Assembly: GCA_963737655.1 (NCBI GenBank)
Contig: CAVTTN010000002.1
Coordinates: forward strand, 160,001-224,000
DNA: 64,000 nucleotides
Source: an uncultured Planctomycetota bacterium
Lineage (GTDB): Bacteria; Planctomycetota; Planctomycetia; Isosphaerales; Isosphaeraceae
Direction: 5' to 3'
A model generated the notes under the pieces. That model was not told the origin of the DNA. It saw only the letters and a list, made by a program, of their open reading frames with translations, and did not search any database. Position 1 is the first letter of the stretch. Each line of letters begins with the position of its first letter. Shown piece by piece: positions 19,008 through 29,068 of the stretch. Both the position numbers and the translations under genes were made by a program.

Positions 19008-20402
19008 ATGGCCTCTCCCCGAGCCTCCGGTCTGAGACGCCTGGACGCCGTCCTCCAGGCGGCTCGCGAGCCGGTCTTCCTCCTGGATGCCCACTCGCGG
19101 GTGGCGTTTACCAATCGCGCCTTCGAGGCCCTGACCGGGCGGCCGGGCGACGTGCTGCTCGGCCTGGAATGCCGTCCGGGAACCGCCTCGCCCGAGGCCG
19201 ACCTCGATGGCCTGGCGGCGGGGCTGGCTCCTCCCCCGGAAGCGCTTGCCGGTCGACCTTGCGGCGGGCCGACTCTGATCGTCCATGCCGAGGGCGACCG
19301 CTCCTGGAGACGGGTCGAGTTCTGGCCACATCTCGACGCCGAGGGCCGCCTCCTCGGCATGATCGGCATGGTCCGCGACCGCGACGGCCCCGCTCCCGCC
19401 CCCGAAAGCGACGTGCTCCGGGTCCGGTCCGAGTTGATGGAGGTCCGCGAGTCCCTGCGAAGCACCCGGGGGTTGGAGCCCCTGATCGGCCAGGGCGCCC
19501 GTCATCAACGGCTTCTCGGCCAGGTCACCGCCTCGGCCGCGACCGAGGCCCCCGTCCTGATCGTCGGCGAACCCGGAACCGGCCGCCGGACCGTCGCCCG
19601 AGCCATCCATTATTCCGGGCCTCGTCGCGAGGCCCCGCTGGTGCCGATCGACGTGGCCGCCCTCCCTCCGGAAGTGCTCCGAAGAGAGATCCGGGGCGAT
19701 CAAGGCGGGCGGAGCACACGACCCGGGCTCCCCGACGGCGCCAGCCTCCTTCTGGGCGACGTCCTGGAACTGCCCAGAGACCTCCAGGAAACGCTGGAGG
19801 CCACCCTCCGCGAAGGCCGGTTCCGGCTCCTGGCGCTGACCTCGGCGGACCCCGAAGCCGCCCTCCGCCACGAACGGCTCCGTCCGGACCTTTATTATCT
19901 CCTCACCGTGATGGTCCTGAGGCTCGCGCCGCTCCGCGAGAGGCTCGACGAGCTTCCCCTGCTGGCCCATCACCTCCTCGATCGCGCCAACGCGTCCGGG
20001 GCGAGACGACTCGCGGGCTTCGAGCCGGAGACCCTGGACGCCTTTCGGGCTTATGACTGGCCGGGGAATCTGCGGGAGCTCGGCCGGGTGATCGAGGCGG
20101 CCAGGGATCGGGCCTCGGGCGACCTGATCGCCGTGGAGGACTTGCCGGCCTCGGTCCGGGGTCACCTGGCGTCGGCCCATCTCCCCCCGCCTCCTCCACC
20201 TCCGGTCACCCCGCTCGACGAATGGCTGACCCGTCTGGAACGTCGCTTGATCGAGCAGGCGCTGGCTCGGGCCCGCCAGAACAAGTCGCGGGCCGCCGAA
20301 CTCCTGGAAATCTCCCGCCCCCGGCTTTATCGGCGAATCAAGGAGCTGGGCCTGCCGGACGTCCCCGAGCCGGCCGAGGAAGAAGCCGCGGGCCTCGGCT
20401 GA
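19008..20402 (+). CDS. PAS plus degenerate sigma54-activator AAA+ plus Fis-HTH regulator
   Basis: PAS-like N-terminus, VLIVGEPGTGR, RPDLYYLL, PLRER, YDWPGNLREL, NKSRAAELLEISRPRLYRRIKELG. Confidence 0.85.
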   Translation: MASPRASGLRRLDAVLQAAREPVFLLDAHSRVAFTNRAFEALTGRPGDVLLGLECRPGTASPEADLDGLAAGLAPPPEALAGRPCGGPTLIVHAEGDRSWRRVEFWPHLDAEGRLLGMIGMVRDRDGPAPAPESDVLRVRSELMEVRESLRSTRGLEPLIGQGARHQRLLGQVTASAATEAPVLIVGEPGTGRRTVARAIHYSGPRREAPLVPIDVAALPPEVLRREIRGDQGGRSTRPGLPDGASLLLGDVLELPRDLQETLEATLREGRFRLLALTSADPEAALRHERLRPDLYYLLTVMVLRLAPLRERLDELPLLAHHLLDRANASGARRLAGFEPETLDAFRAYDWPGNLRELGRVIEAARDRASGDLIAVEDLPASVRGHLASAHLPPPPPPPVTPLDEWLTRLERRLIEQALARARQNKSRAAELLEISRPRLYRRIKELGLPDVPEPAEEEAAGLG

Positions 20403-20627
20403 AACCCCGCAAGGGAACCGATCCGTCCGCCTTCCGGGACCGGCCCGGGCCGTTTCATTTTCGCTTGAAAATGCTTCCGGCCGAAACCTCTCTGAGACGG
20501 AAACGATCCTGGGGACCGGGCCGATTCCCCTACTCCGAATCCTCGGTGTTTGCTAGCGTGACGGGCGAGAGTGGGACGCCGAACGCCCACCGATCCCCGC
20601 TCAGGCACGGACGCGAGCCCTCTTCTC

Positions 20628-21833
20628 ATGCGCATCTTCCTCTCCGCCGGGGAGCCCAGCGGCGACCTCCACGCGGCCAACCTGGCCCGGGCCCTCCGGA
20701 GTCTTCGGCCCGATGTCGAGATCGTCGGGTTCGGTGGCGACCACATGGAAAAGGCGGGGGTCTCGCTCCTGTTCCGGCTCACGGACCTCGCCGTGATGTG
20801 GTTTGGCCGGGTCCTGCTCAACCTCCACAAATTCTTCGAGCAGGCCGACCGCGCCGACATCTTCTTCCGCGACCAGAAGCCGGACGTCCTGATCCTCGTC
20901 GATTATCCCGGCTTCCATTTCGCTCTGGCCAAGAGGGCCCACGCCCGAGGCATCCCGGTAGTCTGGTACGTGCCTCCCCAGCTCTGGGCCTGGGCGGGCT
21001 GGCGGGTCGAGAAGGTGCGGAAGTGGGTCGATCACGTCCTGTGCAGCCTCCCGTTCGAGCCGCAATGGTATCGCGATCGCGGCGTGCCGAATGCGGCCTT
21101 CCTCGGCCACCCCTATTTCGATGAACTCGCCGACCGTCCCCTGGACGACGCCTTCCTCGCCCATCATCGCGAGCGAGGCGGGCCGGTGATCGCCCTGCTG
21201 GCGGGCTCGCGGACCCAGGAAGTCAAACGAAACCTGCCGATGATGCTCCGAGCCGCCGCGAAGGTGGCCCAATCGCGGCCCGAAACCCGCTTCCTCGTCG
21301 CCTCGTTGCACGACCGCCACGCCAAGCTCGCCCGCGAAATCGCCGAGGGTTCGGGAATCCGCCTCGATCGACTGGAAGTCCTCTCGGGCAAGACGGCGGA
21401 GATCATCCGCCTGGCGCACGTGGCCTGGAGCGTCTCGGGATCGGTCGGTCTGGAGCTGATGGTGGAGGCCCTGCCGACCGTGGTCGTCTACAAGGTCCGG
21501 GACTTCGACCTGCTGGTCGCCCGTCAGTTCATCAAATCGAAGTACATCAGCCTGGTGAACCTCCTGGCCGACGACGAGGTCATGCCCGAGTACCTGACGC
21601 CTCGCGACGTCTCCTCCGAGATGGCCGGCTGGGCCCTGAAGTGGCTGAATGACCCGGCCGAGAGGGCCCGGGCGTCGAAGGTCCTGGCGGACCTCCGCGA
21701 CAAGGTGGCGATCCCCGGCGCCTCGTCCCGGGCCGCGGAGAGGATCGTCCAGATCCTGGACGGGACGTATCGAGGGCCGCATCGGTCCATCGGATCGAAG
21801 GCCGCTCAGGAGGCCGTCGAAGGCAGGAATTGA
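20628..21833 (+). CDS. lpxB: Lipid-A-disaccharide synthase
   Basis: IFLSAGEPSGDLHA, LVDYPGFH, YVPPQLWAW, LPFE, GHP, LAGSR..E. Confidence 0.95.
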   Translation: MRIFLSAGEPSGDLHAANLARALRSLRPDVEIVGFGGDHMEKAGVSLLFRLTDLAVMWFGRVLLNLHKFFEQADRADIFFRDQKPDVLILVDYPGFHFALAKRAHARGIPVVWYVPPQLWAWAGWRVEKVRKWVDHVLCSLPFEPQWYRDRGVPNAAFLGHPYFDELADRPLDDAFLAHHRERGGPVIALLAGSRTQEVKRNLPMMLRAAAKVAQSRPETRFLVASLHDRHAKLAREIAEGSGIRLDRLEVLSGKTAEIIRLAHVAWSVSGSVGLELMVEALPTVVVYKVRDFDLLVARQFIKSKYISLVNLLADDEVMPEYLTPRDVSSEMAGWALKWLNDPAERARASKVLADLRDKVAIPGASSRAAERIVQILDGTYRGPHRSIGSKAAQEAVEGRN

Positions 21834-22579
21834 CGGGCCCATCGGGCATCGGCGGCCGAGAGTCGGGGACGGGGCGGCGTCCTGTAGAGATAATCCTCGT
21901 AACCGGCCTGGTCGTAGACGAAATCGAGGATTCGTTTCAGGTCCAGCCGGGCGGGCGGGTCATGGGGCCTCAGAGGAACCGGGACAGCCGGGAGCGGCTC
22001 GCGGAGCGAAAGGGGCCAGATCCCCACGTCGGGACGGCCTTCAACCTGGCTGACGAGGATGCAGTAATCGCAGGGTGGCAATTCCTCGACCGGAAGCCGA
22101 GGCCCACCCCTCAGGAGGTCGATTTCGACCAGGTGGACCGGGCTGGAGAGGATCTGCTTCCGTTTCGCCAAATACTGGTCCCGATCGCTTCCCGAAGCCT
22201 TGTTCGAGGGGCTGAGGAGCTCGATGATCGCGACGACTTCGAGCGTCTCCTTGGTGAGAATCTCCAGGTAAGAATGCCTTTCTTCATCGATCGAGGGGAC
22301 CAGGCGGCCCAGCGTGGGCGCCTCGGCCAGGGCGGTGGCCGCCCCGACGATCCTCGGCCTCGAAGGGCGAGTCACGGCGAGGTCGGCCCGGCCGGTCGCC
22401 CGGGTTGGTCCCTCGCGGATCTCATGAACGAAGACCAACTCCTCCACCTTGACGAAATAGCCCTTCGGCAGGGTCTCGCGCAGGAAACCGCGGGCGGCCG
22501 GGATGAAGCTCTGGTGGAAGTCCTGCCAGACGATCTCTTGCTCGAGATACGGGTTCATCCCGGGGAAGGGCGAGGCCAT
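21806..22579 (-). CDS. DUF4058 family protein
   Basis: MASPFPGMNPYLE, IELLSPSNK, YLAKR, HLVEIDLLRGG, LREPLPAVPVPL. Confidence 0.9.
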   Translation of the reverse strand: MASPFPGMNPYLEQEIVWQDFHQSFIPAARGFLRETLPKGYFVKVEELVFVHEIREGPTRATGRADLAVTRPSRPRIVGAATALAEAPTLGRLVPSIDEERHSYLEILTKETLEVVAIIELLSPSNKASGSDRDQYLAKRKQILSSPVHLVEIDLLRGGPRLPVEELPPCDYCILVSQVEGRPDVGIWPLSLREPLPAVPVPLRPHDPPARLDLKRILDFVYDQAGYEDYLYRTPPRPRLSAADARWARQFLPSTAS

Positions 22580-22710
22580 CGCGTGGTCCTCCAAAGACGT
22601 TGGACTCATCCTACCACGATCGGCGACGGGTTTGCGGGCCGGGAGGCCCTCGTGCGATAATCGGCCTCGCCTCGCCTCGCGCCCTTCCCTCCCGGACCGG
22701 ACTCGCCGCC

Positions 22711-24777
22711 ATGCCTCACGCCACGGACCACCCCGCCAATCGCCTGGCCGGCGAGACCAGCCCCTATTTGCTCCAGCACCAGCACAACCCGGTGGACTGG
22801 TACCCCTGGGGAGACGAGGCCCTGGCCCGCGCCAGGGCCGAAGACCGGCCGATCTTCCTCTCGGTGGGCTACTCCGCCTGCCACTGGTGCCACGTGATGG
22901 AGCGGGAGTGTTTCGAGGCCCCCCAGATCGCCGCGTTGATGAATGAGCATTTCGTCAATATCAAGGTGGATCGCGAGGAGCGCCCGGACCTCGATCAGAT
23001 CTACATGAACGCCGTCCAGGCCCTCTCGGGCCACGGCGGATGGCCGATGTCGGTCTTCCTCACGCCCGAGGGAAAGCCGTTCTTCGGGGGGACGTATTAT
23101 CCGCCGGAAGACCGTCGCGGGATGCCCGGCTTCCCTCGCGTCCTGATGAGCGTGGCTCGCGCCTGGGGCGAGAAGAGGGCCGATATCCTCGCCTCGGCCG
23201 GCGAGCTCGCGGCGCAGCTCCAGGCCCACGGCCAGGTCCCTCCGGGCGAAGGGGAGATGGGCTTCGACCTGCTGGATCGGGCCTATCACAAGCTCTCCCG
23301 GAGCTTCGACGCCCGCCACGGCGGTTTCGGAGACGCGCCGAAGTTCCCCCATCCCATGGATTTGCGCGTCCTCTTGCGGCACCACCGCCGGACCGGCGAC
23401 CCCCACGCGCTCCACATGGTCCGCGTGACCCTGGACGGCATGGCGCGAGGCGGCATCTACGACCACCTGGGCGGGGGGTTCGCTCGCTACTCGACCGATG
23501 CCCGATGGCTTGTCCCTCATTTCGAGAAGATGCTCTACGATAATGCCCTGCTCGCCTCGACTTACGTCGAAGCCTACCAGCTCACCGGCGACGCCGAGTT
23601 CGCCCGGGTGGCCCGCGAGACGCTGGACTATCTCCTCGGCCGGATGGTGGGCCCCGAAGGCGCGTTCTATTCGACCGAGGACGCCGATAGCGAGGGCGTG
23701 GAGGGCAAGTTCTACGTCTGGGACCTCCGCGACGTGACCGACACCCTCGGGCCCGAGCGGGCGAAGGCGTTTTCTTATGTCTATGACGTGACGGACGTCG
23801 GCAACTGGGAGGGGACGAACATCCTCAACCAGCCCAAGCCCCTGGAAAAAGCCGCGGCCATGCTCGGCCGGGACGTGGAGGGACTCCGCCGGGAGCTGGC
23901 CGAGAGCCGGGCCCTGCTCCTGGCGTCTCGGGAGAGGCGGATTCCCCCGGGGAAGGACACCAAGGTCCTGACCTCCTGGAACGGGCTGATCCTGGCCGCC
24001 CTGGCCACGGCCTCACGGGCCCTTCGAATCCCCCGGTATCTCGAAGCCGCTCAGACTTGCGCGGCGTTCCTCCTCGAGACCCTCCGCCAGCCCGACGGCC
24101 GCCTCCTCCACGGCTTCAAGGACGGCCGGGCCCGGTTCAACGGCTATCTCGAAGATTACGCGTGCTTGATCGACGGCCTGACGCGCCTCTTCGAGGCCGA
24201 CGGCAACCCGCGATGGGTCCGGGCCGCCGAGGAGCTCGCCCAGATCCTGATCGCCGAGTTCGGCGACCCCGACGCCGGCGGCTTCTTCTTCACCGGGAAT
24301 GGGCACGAGGCCCTGATCGCCCGGACGAAGGACGTTTACGACAATGCCACCCCGTCGGGCAACGCGATGGCGGCGACCGCCTGCCTCCGCCTCGGGGCCT
24401 TGACCGGCCGAGACGAACTGACCGAGGCGGGCCTCGGCGCCCTCCGGGCCGCCCAGGTGCTCATGGAAAAGGTCCCCACGGCCGCCGGCCAGAGCCTGAT
24501 CGCCCTGGACTTCCTGCTCGGCCCGAGGCGAGAGGTCGCCGTGATCTCAGGCGAGGGCGCGGACGAGGGGGAGGCCGCCCTGGAGACGATCGCCTCCAGG
24601 TTTCAACCTCACCAGGTCGTCGCCCCGAATCCCGACCCGTCGAACGAGCCGGCCCTGCCGTTCCTGGCCGACCGGCCCGCCCGGGACGGCCGGGTCACGA
24701 CGTATCTGTGCGAGAATTTCACCTGCCGAGAGCCGATCGTGGGCGTGGCGGCCCTGGACGAGGCGCTGAGAGCCTGA
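22711..24777 (+). CDS. YyaL/SSP411 (DUF255) thioredoxin-domain protein
   Basis: NRLAGETSPYLLQHQHNPVDWYPW, GYSACHWCHVM, VDREERPD, HFEKMLYDNA. Confidence 0.95.
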   Translation: MPHATDHPANRLAGETSPYLLQHQHNPVDWYPWGDEALARARAEDRPIFLSVGYSACHWCHVMERECFEAPQIAALMNEHFVNIKVDREERPDLDQIYMNAVQALSGHGGWPMSVFLTPEGKPFFGGTYYPPEDRRGMPGFPRVLMSVARAWGEKRADILASAGELAAQLQAHGQVPPGEGEMGFDLLDRAYHKLSRSFDARHGGFGDAPKFPHPMDLRVLLRHHRRTGDPHALHMVRVTLDGMARGGIYDHLGGGFARYSTDARWLVPHFEKMLYDNALLASTYVEAYQLTGDAEFARVARETLDYLLGRMVGPEGAFYSTEDADSEGVEGKFYVWDLRDVTDTLGPERAKAFSYVYDVTDVGNWEGTNILNQPKPLEKAAAMLGRDVEGLRRELAESRALLLASRERRIPPGKDTKVLTSWNGLILAALATASRALRIPRYLEAAQTCAAFLLETLRQPDGRLLHGFKDGRARFNGYLEDYACLIDGLTRLFEADGNPRWVRAAEELAQILIAEFGDPDAGGFFFTGNGHEALIARTKDVYDNATPSGNAMAATACLRLGALTGRDELTEAGLGALRAAQVLMEKVPTAAGQSLIALDFLLGPRREVAVISGEGADEGEAALETIASRFQPHQVVAPNPDPSNEPALPFLADRPARDGRVTTYLCENFTCREPIVGVAALDEALRA

Positions 24778-24914
24778 GGGAGCCGGACCGGGCCGGGCCA
24801 AGCATGCTCGATCCCGCGACTTGACCGCCCCCGGATTGCGGGGAATGATTAAAAGGTCGGGATCGAGCCCGTCGAGTCGAGTCGAGTTGTCGGCCGCCCA
24901 TCAAGGACCGCATC

Positions 24915-26423
24915 ATGTCGCCTACCCGTCATCCCCGAGCGATCGCGATGGCGTTGACGCTCGCCCTCGGCGGGGCGTCCGCGTCTCCGGCCCAGACGTC
25001 CCCCTCGGGCGTGAACATCTCCACGGGGAGCGGGGCGGGGACCAGTCCGGGCGTGAGCCCGGGCTCGTCGCCCAGCTCGACCCGGATCGGCTCCGGGAGC
25101 CTTTCCTCGCCGAACGATCCGTTCCCGCTGGCGGCCCCGGGGCCCGGAGGCGGGGTGCGGCCCGGGTCGGGTCCCGGGGCGGCGGGCAACGTCGACCCGT
25201 ATGGCGCGTCGATGACGGGACTCTCCGGCGGGATGAACCGGGCGGCGATCCCGACCCTCACCCCGGCCGAGATGGACGCGCTCGATGCGCATCTGCTCGG
25301 CGATGCCCGGAAGATCCTCAATCCGCCCGACCGCGCCCTGGCCCTGGAGCGGGTCGCCAAGGCGAAGACCTTCAGCCACCGGCCCGGAGACGGCCGGCTC
25401 CGCGACGCCGAGGTCGCGTTGAAGGAGGCCGCCGAGGCCGCCCTGGCCGTGACCGACCTGTCGCTTCGCGACCAGAGGCTGATGGCCATCGTCCGCTCGG
25501 AGCTGACCCTGGCCGACGAGATGGCCCGGGACGGCCTGAATAACGATACCTTCATCGACGCGAGCGACACCCGGGCCGCGAAGCCCATGACGCCCGATCA
25601 GAGGCTGGACTCCTTGAAGCTGGCCGAGGCCCAGAGGAAGAAGGCCGCGGACGTCTCCCGGATGATCCCCAACCCGAACCTCCGGGCCGAGATGCTCTTC
25701 CGCGTGGCCGACGCCGAGGCCCAGGCCAGTCAGACCATGGCCGTCGAGGCCCTCCAGACCGACGTGAAAAGGTCGGACCTCCGGGGCCTGGAAGGCATGC
25801 TCAACCGGATGGCCGACCGCTCGCTGATCTTCGCCGCCAACGACGCGCAGAGCATCCGCACGGCGATCTGGAGGGATCGCGGGATGGTCTCCGTCGCGGC
25901 CGCCGCCGCCGCGTCCGAGCAATACTCGCGGGGGATCGCCCTGTGCCGGACGATCGTCTCCCCCGGATATCGCGCCGACGCCATGATCCGCCTGGCCGAG
26001 TCGCAGGCGCGCCATCACCTGGTCAACGACGCCACCACCACCTACGACGACGCCGCCCAGGCCGTCGCCTCGATCGATGAGCCGGACCTCCGCGAGATCA
26101 TCGCGGGCGTCCTGATCGACAGCCTGATCTCGGTCGGCCGGTTCGACGACGCGAGGATGTCCGTCGTCCTGATGGCCAGCCCGACCAGCCGCCTGGAAGT
26201 CCTGGGCACGGTGGCCGAGAGCCAGGGAGAGCGCCGTCTGGCCGACTCGGCCCGCGCCTGGATCGACAGCGACGCCCCGCCCGAATGGCGAGACACCCTG
26301 CGGAGGAGGGTCAACGACGGCTTGCTGAAAGCCTTCGAGAAGGGCCGGAGCTCGCCGAACAACGGGCTCGGGGCCCTGGATCTCGGCGCGCCGGCCGCTC
26401 CCGCGACCCCTCCGGCTCGCTAG
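24915..26423 (+). CDS. Secreted alpha-helical repeat protein
   Basis: Signal peptide, G/S/P-rich linker, repeated Ala-rich helices (..RDQRL/RAEML/RDRGM/RADAM..). Confidence 0.7.
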   Translation: MSPTRHPRAIAMALTLALGGASASPAQTSPSGVNISTGSGAGTSPGVSPGSSPSSTRIGSGSLSSPNDPFPLAAPGPGGGVRPGSGPGAAGNVDPYGASMTGLSGGMNRAAIPTLTPAEMDALDAHLLGDARKILNPPDRALALERVAKAKTFSHRPGDGRLRDAEVALKEAAEAALAVTDLSLRDQRLMAIVRSELTLADEMARDGLNNDTFIDASDTRAAKPMTPDQRLDSLKLAEAQRKKAADVSRMIPNPNLRAEMLFRVADAEAQASQTMAVEALQTDVKRSDLRGLEGMLNRMADRSLIFAANDAQSIRTAIWRDRGMVSVAAAAAASEQYSRGIALCRTIVSPGYRADAMIRLAESQARHHLVNDATTTYDDAAQAVASIDEPDLREIIAGVLIDSLISVGRFDDARMSVVLMASPTSRLEVLGTVAESQGERRLADSARAWIDSDAPPEWRDTLRRRVNDGLLKAFEKGRSSPNNGLGALDLGAPAAPATPPAR

Positions 26424-26445
26424 GCCCCTCGCCGACGGCCGACGC

Positions 26446-27219
26446 CTACTCGAAGAATCCTCGATACCGTTCCTTGGAGGCCCGAATCCCGGCGTGGACC
26501 GCGTGGATGTCAAAGCCGAGGACGAACATCCTGCAACCCCAGCCACGCATCCTTTCCGCATATTCGGGGCCTCTCGGGACGATCCCCCAGGGCTTGCCCG
26601 CCTCGGCGCAGGCCCGGGCGATCCCCTGGATCGCGTCCAGGCACTTCGGGTTCTCGAAATCGCCGGGGACGCCCAGGATCTGGCTGAGGTCGGCCGGGCC
26701 GACGAAGACGAGATCGACGTCCGGCACCGCGGCGATCTCCGCCACCGAGGCCAGCGACCGGGCCGTCTCGATCTGAATGCCCACGAACGTCTTCTCATTC
26801 GCCTCCTTCACATACTCGGCGGTCGGGGTCAGCCCGAATCGCCCGTCGCGATTTCCTCCGTTGAGCCCGCGTTCGCCCCGGGGCCAGAACTTGGCCCAGC
26901 GGACGGCCTTCTCGGCGTCTTCCGGGCCGTGGACCATGCTGACCATGACCCCTCCGGCGCCCGCCTCCAACGGCCTCATGATCTCGGCATAATCGGTGGC
27001 CGGGAGGCGGACGAAGTGATCCAGGCCGTAGCACCGGGCGGCCATCGTGGCGGCCTCGTAGTCCTTCATCGTGAGCCCGGCGTGCTCCGAATCGATCCAG
27101 AGTCCATCGAACCCGCCGTGCTCGCCGACGATCTCCACCAGCTTCGGGCTGAAGAGCTGGCCGACCCCGAAGAGGCGGACGATCCCGCCATCGGCGAGAG
27201 TTTGCTTGATCCTGGGCAT
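26446..27219 (-). CDS. HpcH/HpaI aldolase family protein
   Basis: FDGLWIDSEHA, GAGGVMV, PRGERG, IQIET, VFVGPADLS. Confidence 0.92.
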   Translation of the reverse strand: MPRIKQTLADGGIVRLFGVGQLFSPKLVEIVGEHGGFDGLWIDSEHAGLTMKDYEAATMAARCYGLDHFVRLPATDYAEIMRPLEAGAGGVMVSMVHGPEDAEKAVRWAKFWPRGERGLNGGNRDGRFGLTPTAEYVKEANEKTFVGIQIETARSLASVAEIAAVPDVDLVFVGPADLSQILGVPGDFENPKCLDAIQGIARACAEAGKPWGIVPRGPEYAERMRGWGCRMFVLGFDIHAVHAGIRASKERYRGFFE

Positions 27220-27311
27220 GCCGTCCCTCACAATCGTTCCGGCCGTCGGTGGCGATCACCGCGCGACGGGCCGATTCTAGCGAGCCGAACTTCCTGCGGC
27301 GACTCCTCACG

Positions 27312-27965
27312 ATGAAGCCCCCCCCGATCCGCCTGGCGTTCGGCCCCTTCTTCTGGAGGGCCTTCGTCCTCGTCGCCCTGATCGCCGAGATCGGCCTCTG
27401 GCGGCGAATCCACCGCTTCCGCCGGAGGCGGAGGCCGGGCCTGGTCCTGATCTACATGCTGTATCGGACCCCCGAGCGGCTGTTCGTGGCCTTCGCCATC
27501 GCCGCCGCCGCGACGGTGCTGATCGACCTCTATGTGAGGACCGTCATGAGGGTCCTGATCGCCCGATGGTACTCGCCGAAGAGGCCGGAGTTCGGCCTCC
27601 CCCTGGAATTCGGCCTGGATCGCGGCGAGACGATCCTCCACGAGGCGCCGGCCCGCCGGCTGGAGGGCCGGAAATCGCGTCCCGGGTCGATCGTGATGAC
27701 CGATCGCCGCCTCTGGTTCGCCCCCTCGGCCTGGGACGCCCCGGGCTGGACGGCCCCCCTGGACCAGCTCGCATCGGTCCGCCGAATTCCCGCTCCAAGA
27801 CGGTTCGGCAGCTCCGTCCTGGGGATTCCCGATCGCCTGGCCTTCGAAGGGCCTGGGCTGGACGGGGCGACCCTCCTGGTGGCCGACCCCGACGAGCTCC
27901 TCGGGTGGTTCTCCGACCGGATCGACGGGGAGACCCGGGCCGAGCTCCCCTCCGACGACGCTTGA
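27312..27965 (+). CDS. Membrane protein with a possible PH/GRAM-like domain
   Basis: Two hydrophobic segments, then GETILHE..GSIVMTDRRLWFAP. Confidence 0.55.
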   Translation: MKPPPIRLAFGPFFWRAFVLVALIAEIGLWRRIHRFRRRRRPGLVLIYMLYRTPERLFVAFAIAAAATVLIDLYVRTVMRVLIARWYSPKRPEFGLPLEFGLDRGETILHEAPARRLEGRKSRPGSIVMTDRRLWFAPSAWDAPGWTAPLDQLASVRRIPAPRRFGSSVLGIPDRLAFEGPGLDGATLLVADPDELLGWFSDRIDGETRAELPSDDA

Positions 27966-28063
27966 GTTCAACAAGGTCCGCCCGACCCCCTGGAGCGAGC
28001 CGCCTCCCCCCGGGGACGCGCGCCCCGCTCCTCGTTCGGGCGATCCCACCCCCCGAGGCCCCG

Positions 28064-29062
28064 ATGACGACGCCCTCCCGTGTCCTGATCGCCGACTTCC
28101 TGGACGACGCCGAGGTCGAGACGCCGATCCTGGCCGGATCGGCCGAGATCACCCTGGCGAGAGCCTGGACCGAACAGGAGCTGGCGCCCCATCTTCCGAC
28201 GACCGATCTGATCATCCTCTACCACGACATCCCCCACCTCGGCGAGGCCTCGTTCGCCCAGGCCCCGCGGTGCCGGGGGGTCGTCCGGGCCGGGGTCGGT
28301 TACAACAACGTGGACCTCCACGCCGCCGGATCGCGGGGAATCGTCGTCTGCAACGTCCCCGACTATGGGACGGAGGAAGTCGCCGACCACGCCCTGGCCA
28401 TGCTCCTGGCCATCGCCCGCCACCTGCCGGCCGCCGATGCCTCGATCCGCCGGGGGAAATGGGATTTCCGCGTGGTGGGCGACTCGCCCCGGCTCCGGGG
28501 CAAGCGGCTCGGCCTGGTCGGGTGCGGCCGGATCGGCACCGCCACCGCCCTTCGAGCGAAGGCGTTCGGCCTCGAAGTCCTGTTCCACGACCCGCTGGCC
28601 GTGCCGGGGCTGGACAAGGCTTTGGGCATCCGGCGGGTGGATCACCTCGACGAGCTGCTCGCCCAGAGCCATTTCGTCAGCCTCCACTGCTATCTCGACG
28701 ACTCGACTCGCCACCTGATCGACGCCCGGGCCCTGGCCCTGATGAGGCCCGAGAGCATCCTGATCAACACGGCGAGAGGCGGGGTGATCGACACCGAGGC
28801 CCTGCTGGCCGCCCTGGATTCCGGCCACCTCCTCGGCGCCGGGCTGGACGTCCTGGAAGTCGAACCCCTGGCCGACGAGCGGCTCCGCCGCCATCCCAGG
28901 GTCTTGCTGTCGCCGCATTCGGCGTTCTTCAGCCGGGAGGGGTTCGTCGAGCTCAGGACCAAGACGGCCGAAGAGGCGAGGCGGATCTTGCTCGGCCGCC
29001 CCCCGCGATGCCCGGTCAACGCCGAGATGCTCGTTCCTTCCTCGACGGCCCCGGCCGGGTGA
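28064..29062 (+). CDS. D-2-hydroxyacid dehydrogenase (CtBP-like)
   Basis: RAGVGYNNVD, NVPDYGTEEVADH, GCGRIG, INTARGG, LDVLEVEP, SPHSAF. Confidence 0.93.
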   Translation: MTTPSRVLIADFLDDAEVETPILAGSAEITLARAWTEQELAPHLPTTDLIILYHDIPHLGEASFAQAPRCRGVVRAGVGYNNVDLHAAGSRGIVVCNVPDYGTEEVADHALAMLLAIARHLPAADASIRRGKWDFRVVGDSPRLRGKRLGLVGCGRIGTATALRAKAFGLEVLFHDPLAVPGLDKALGIRRVDHLDELLAQSHFVSLHCYLDDSTRHLIDARALALMRPESILINTARGGVIDTEALLAALDSGHLLGAGLDVLEVEPLADERLRRHPRVLLSPHSAFFSREGFVELRTKTAEEARRILLGRPPRCPVNAEMLVPSSTAPAG

Positions 29063-29068
29063 TCCTGG

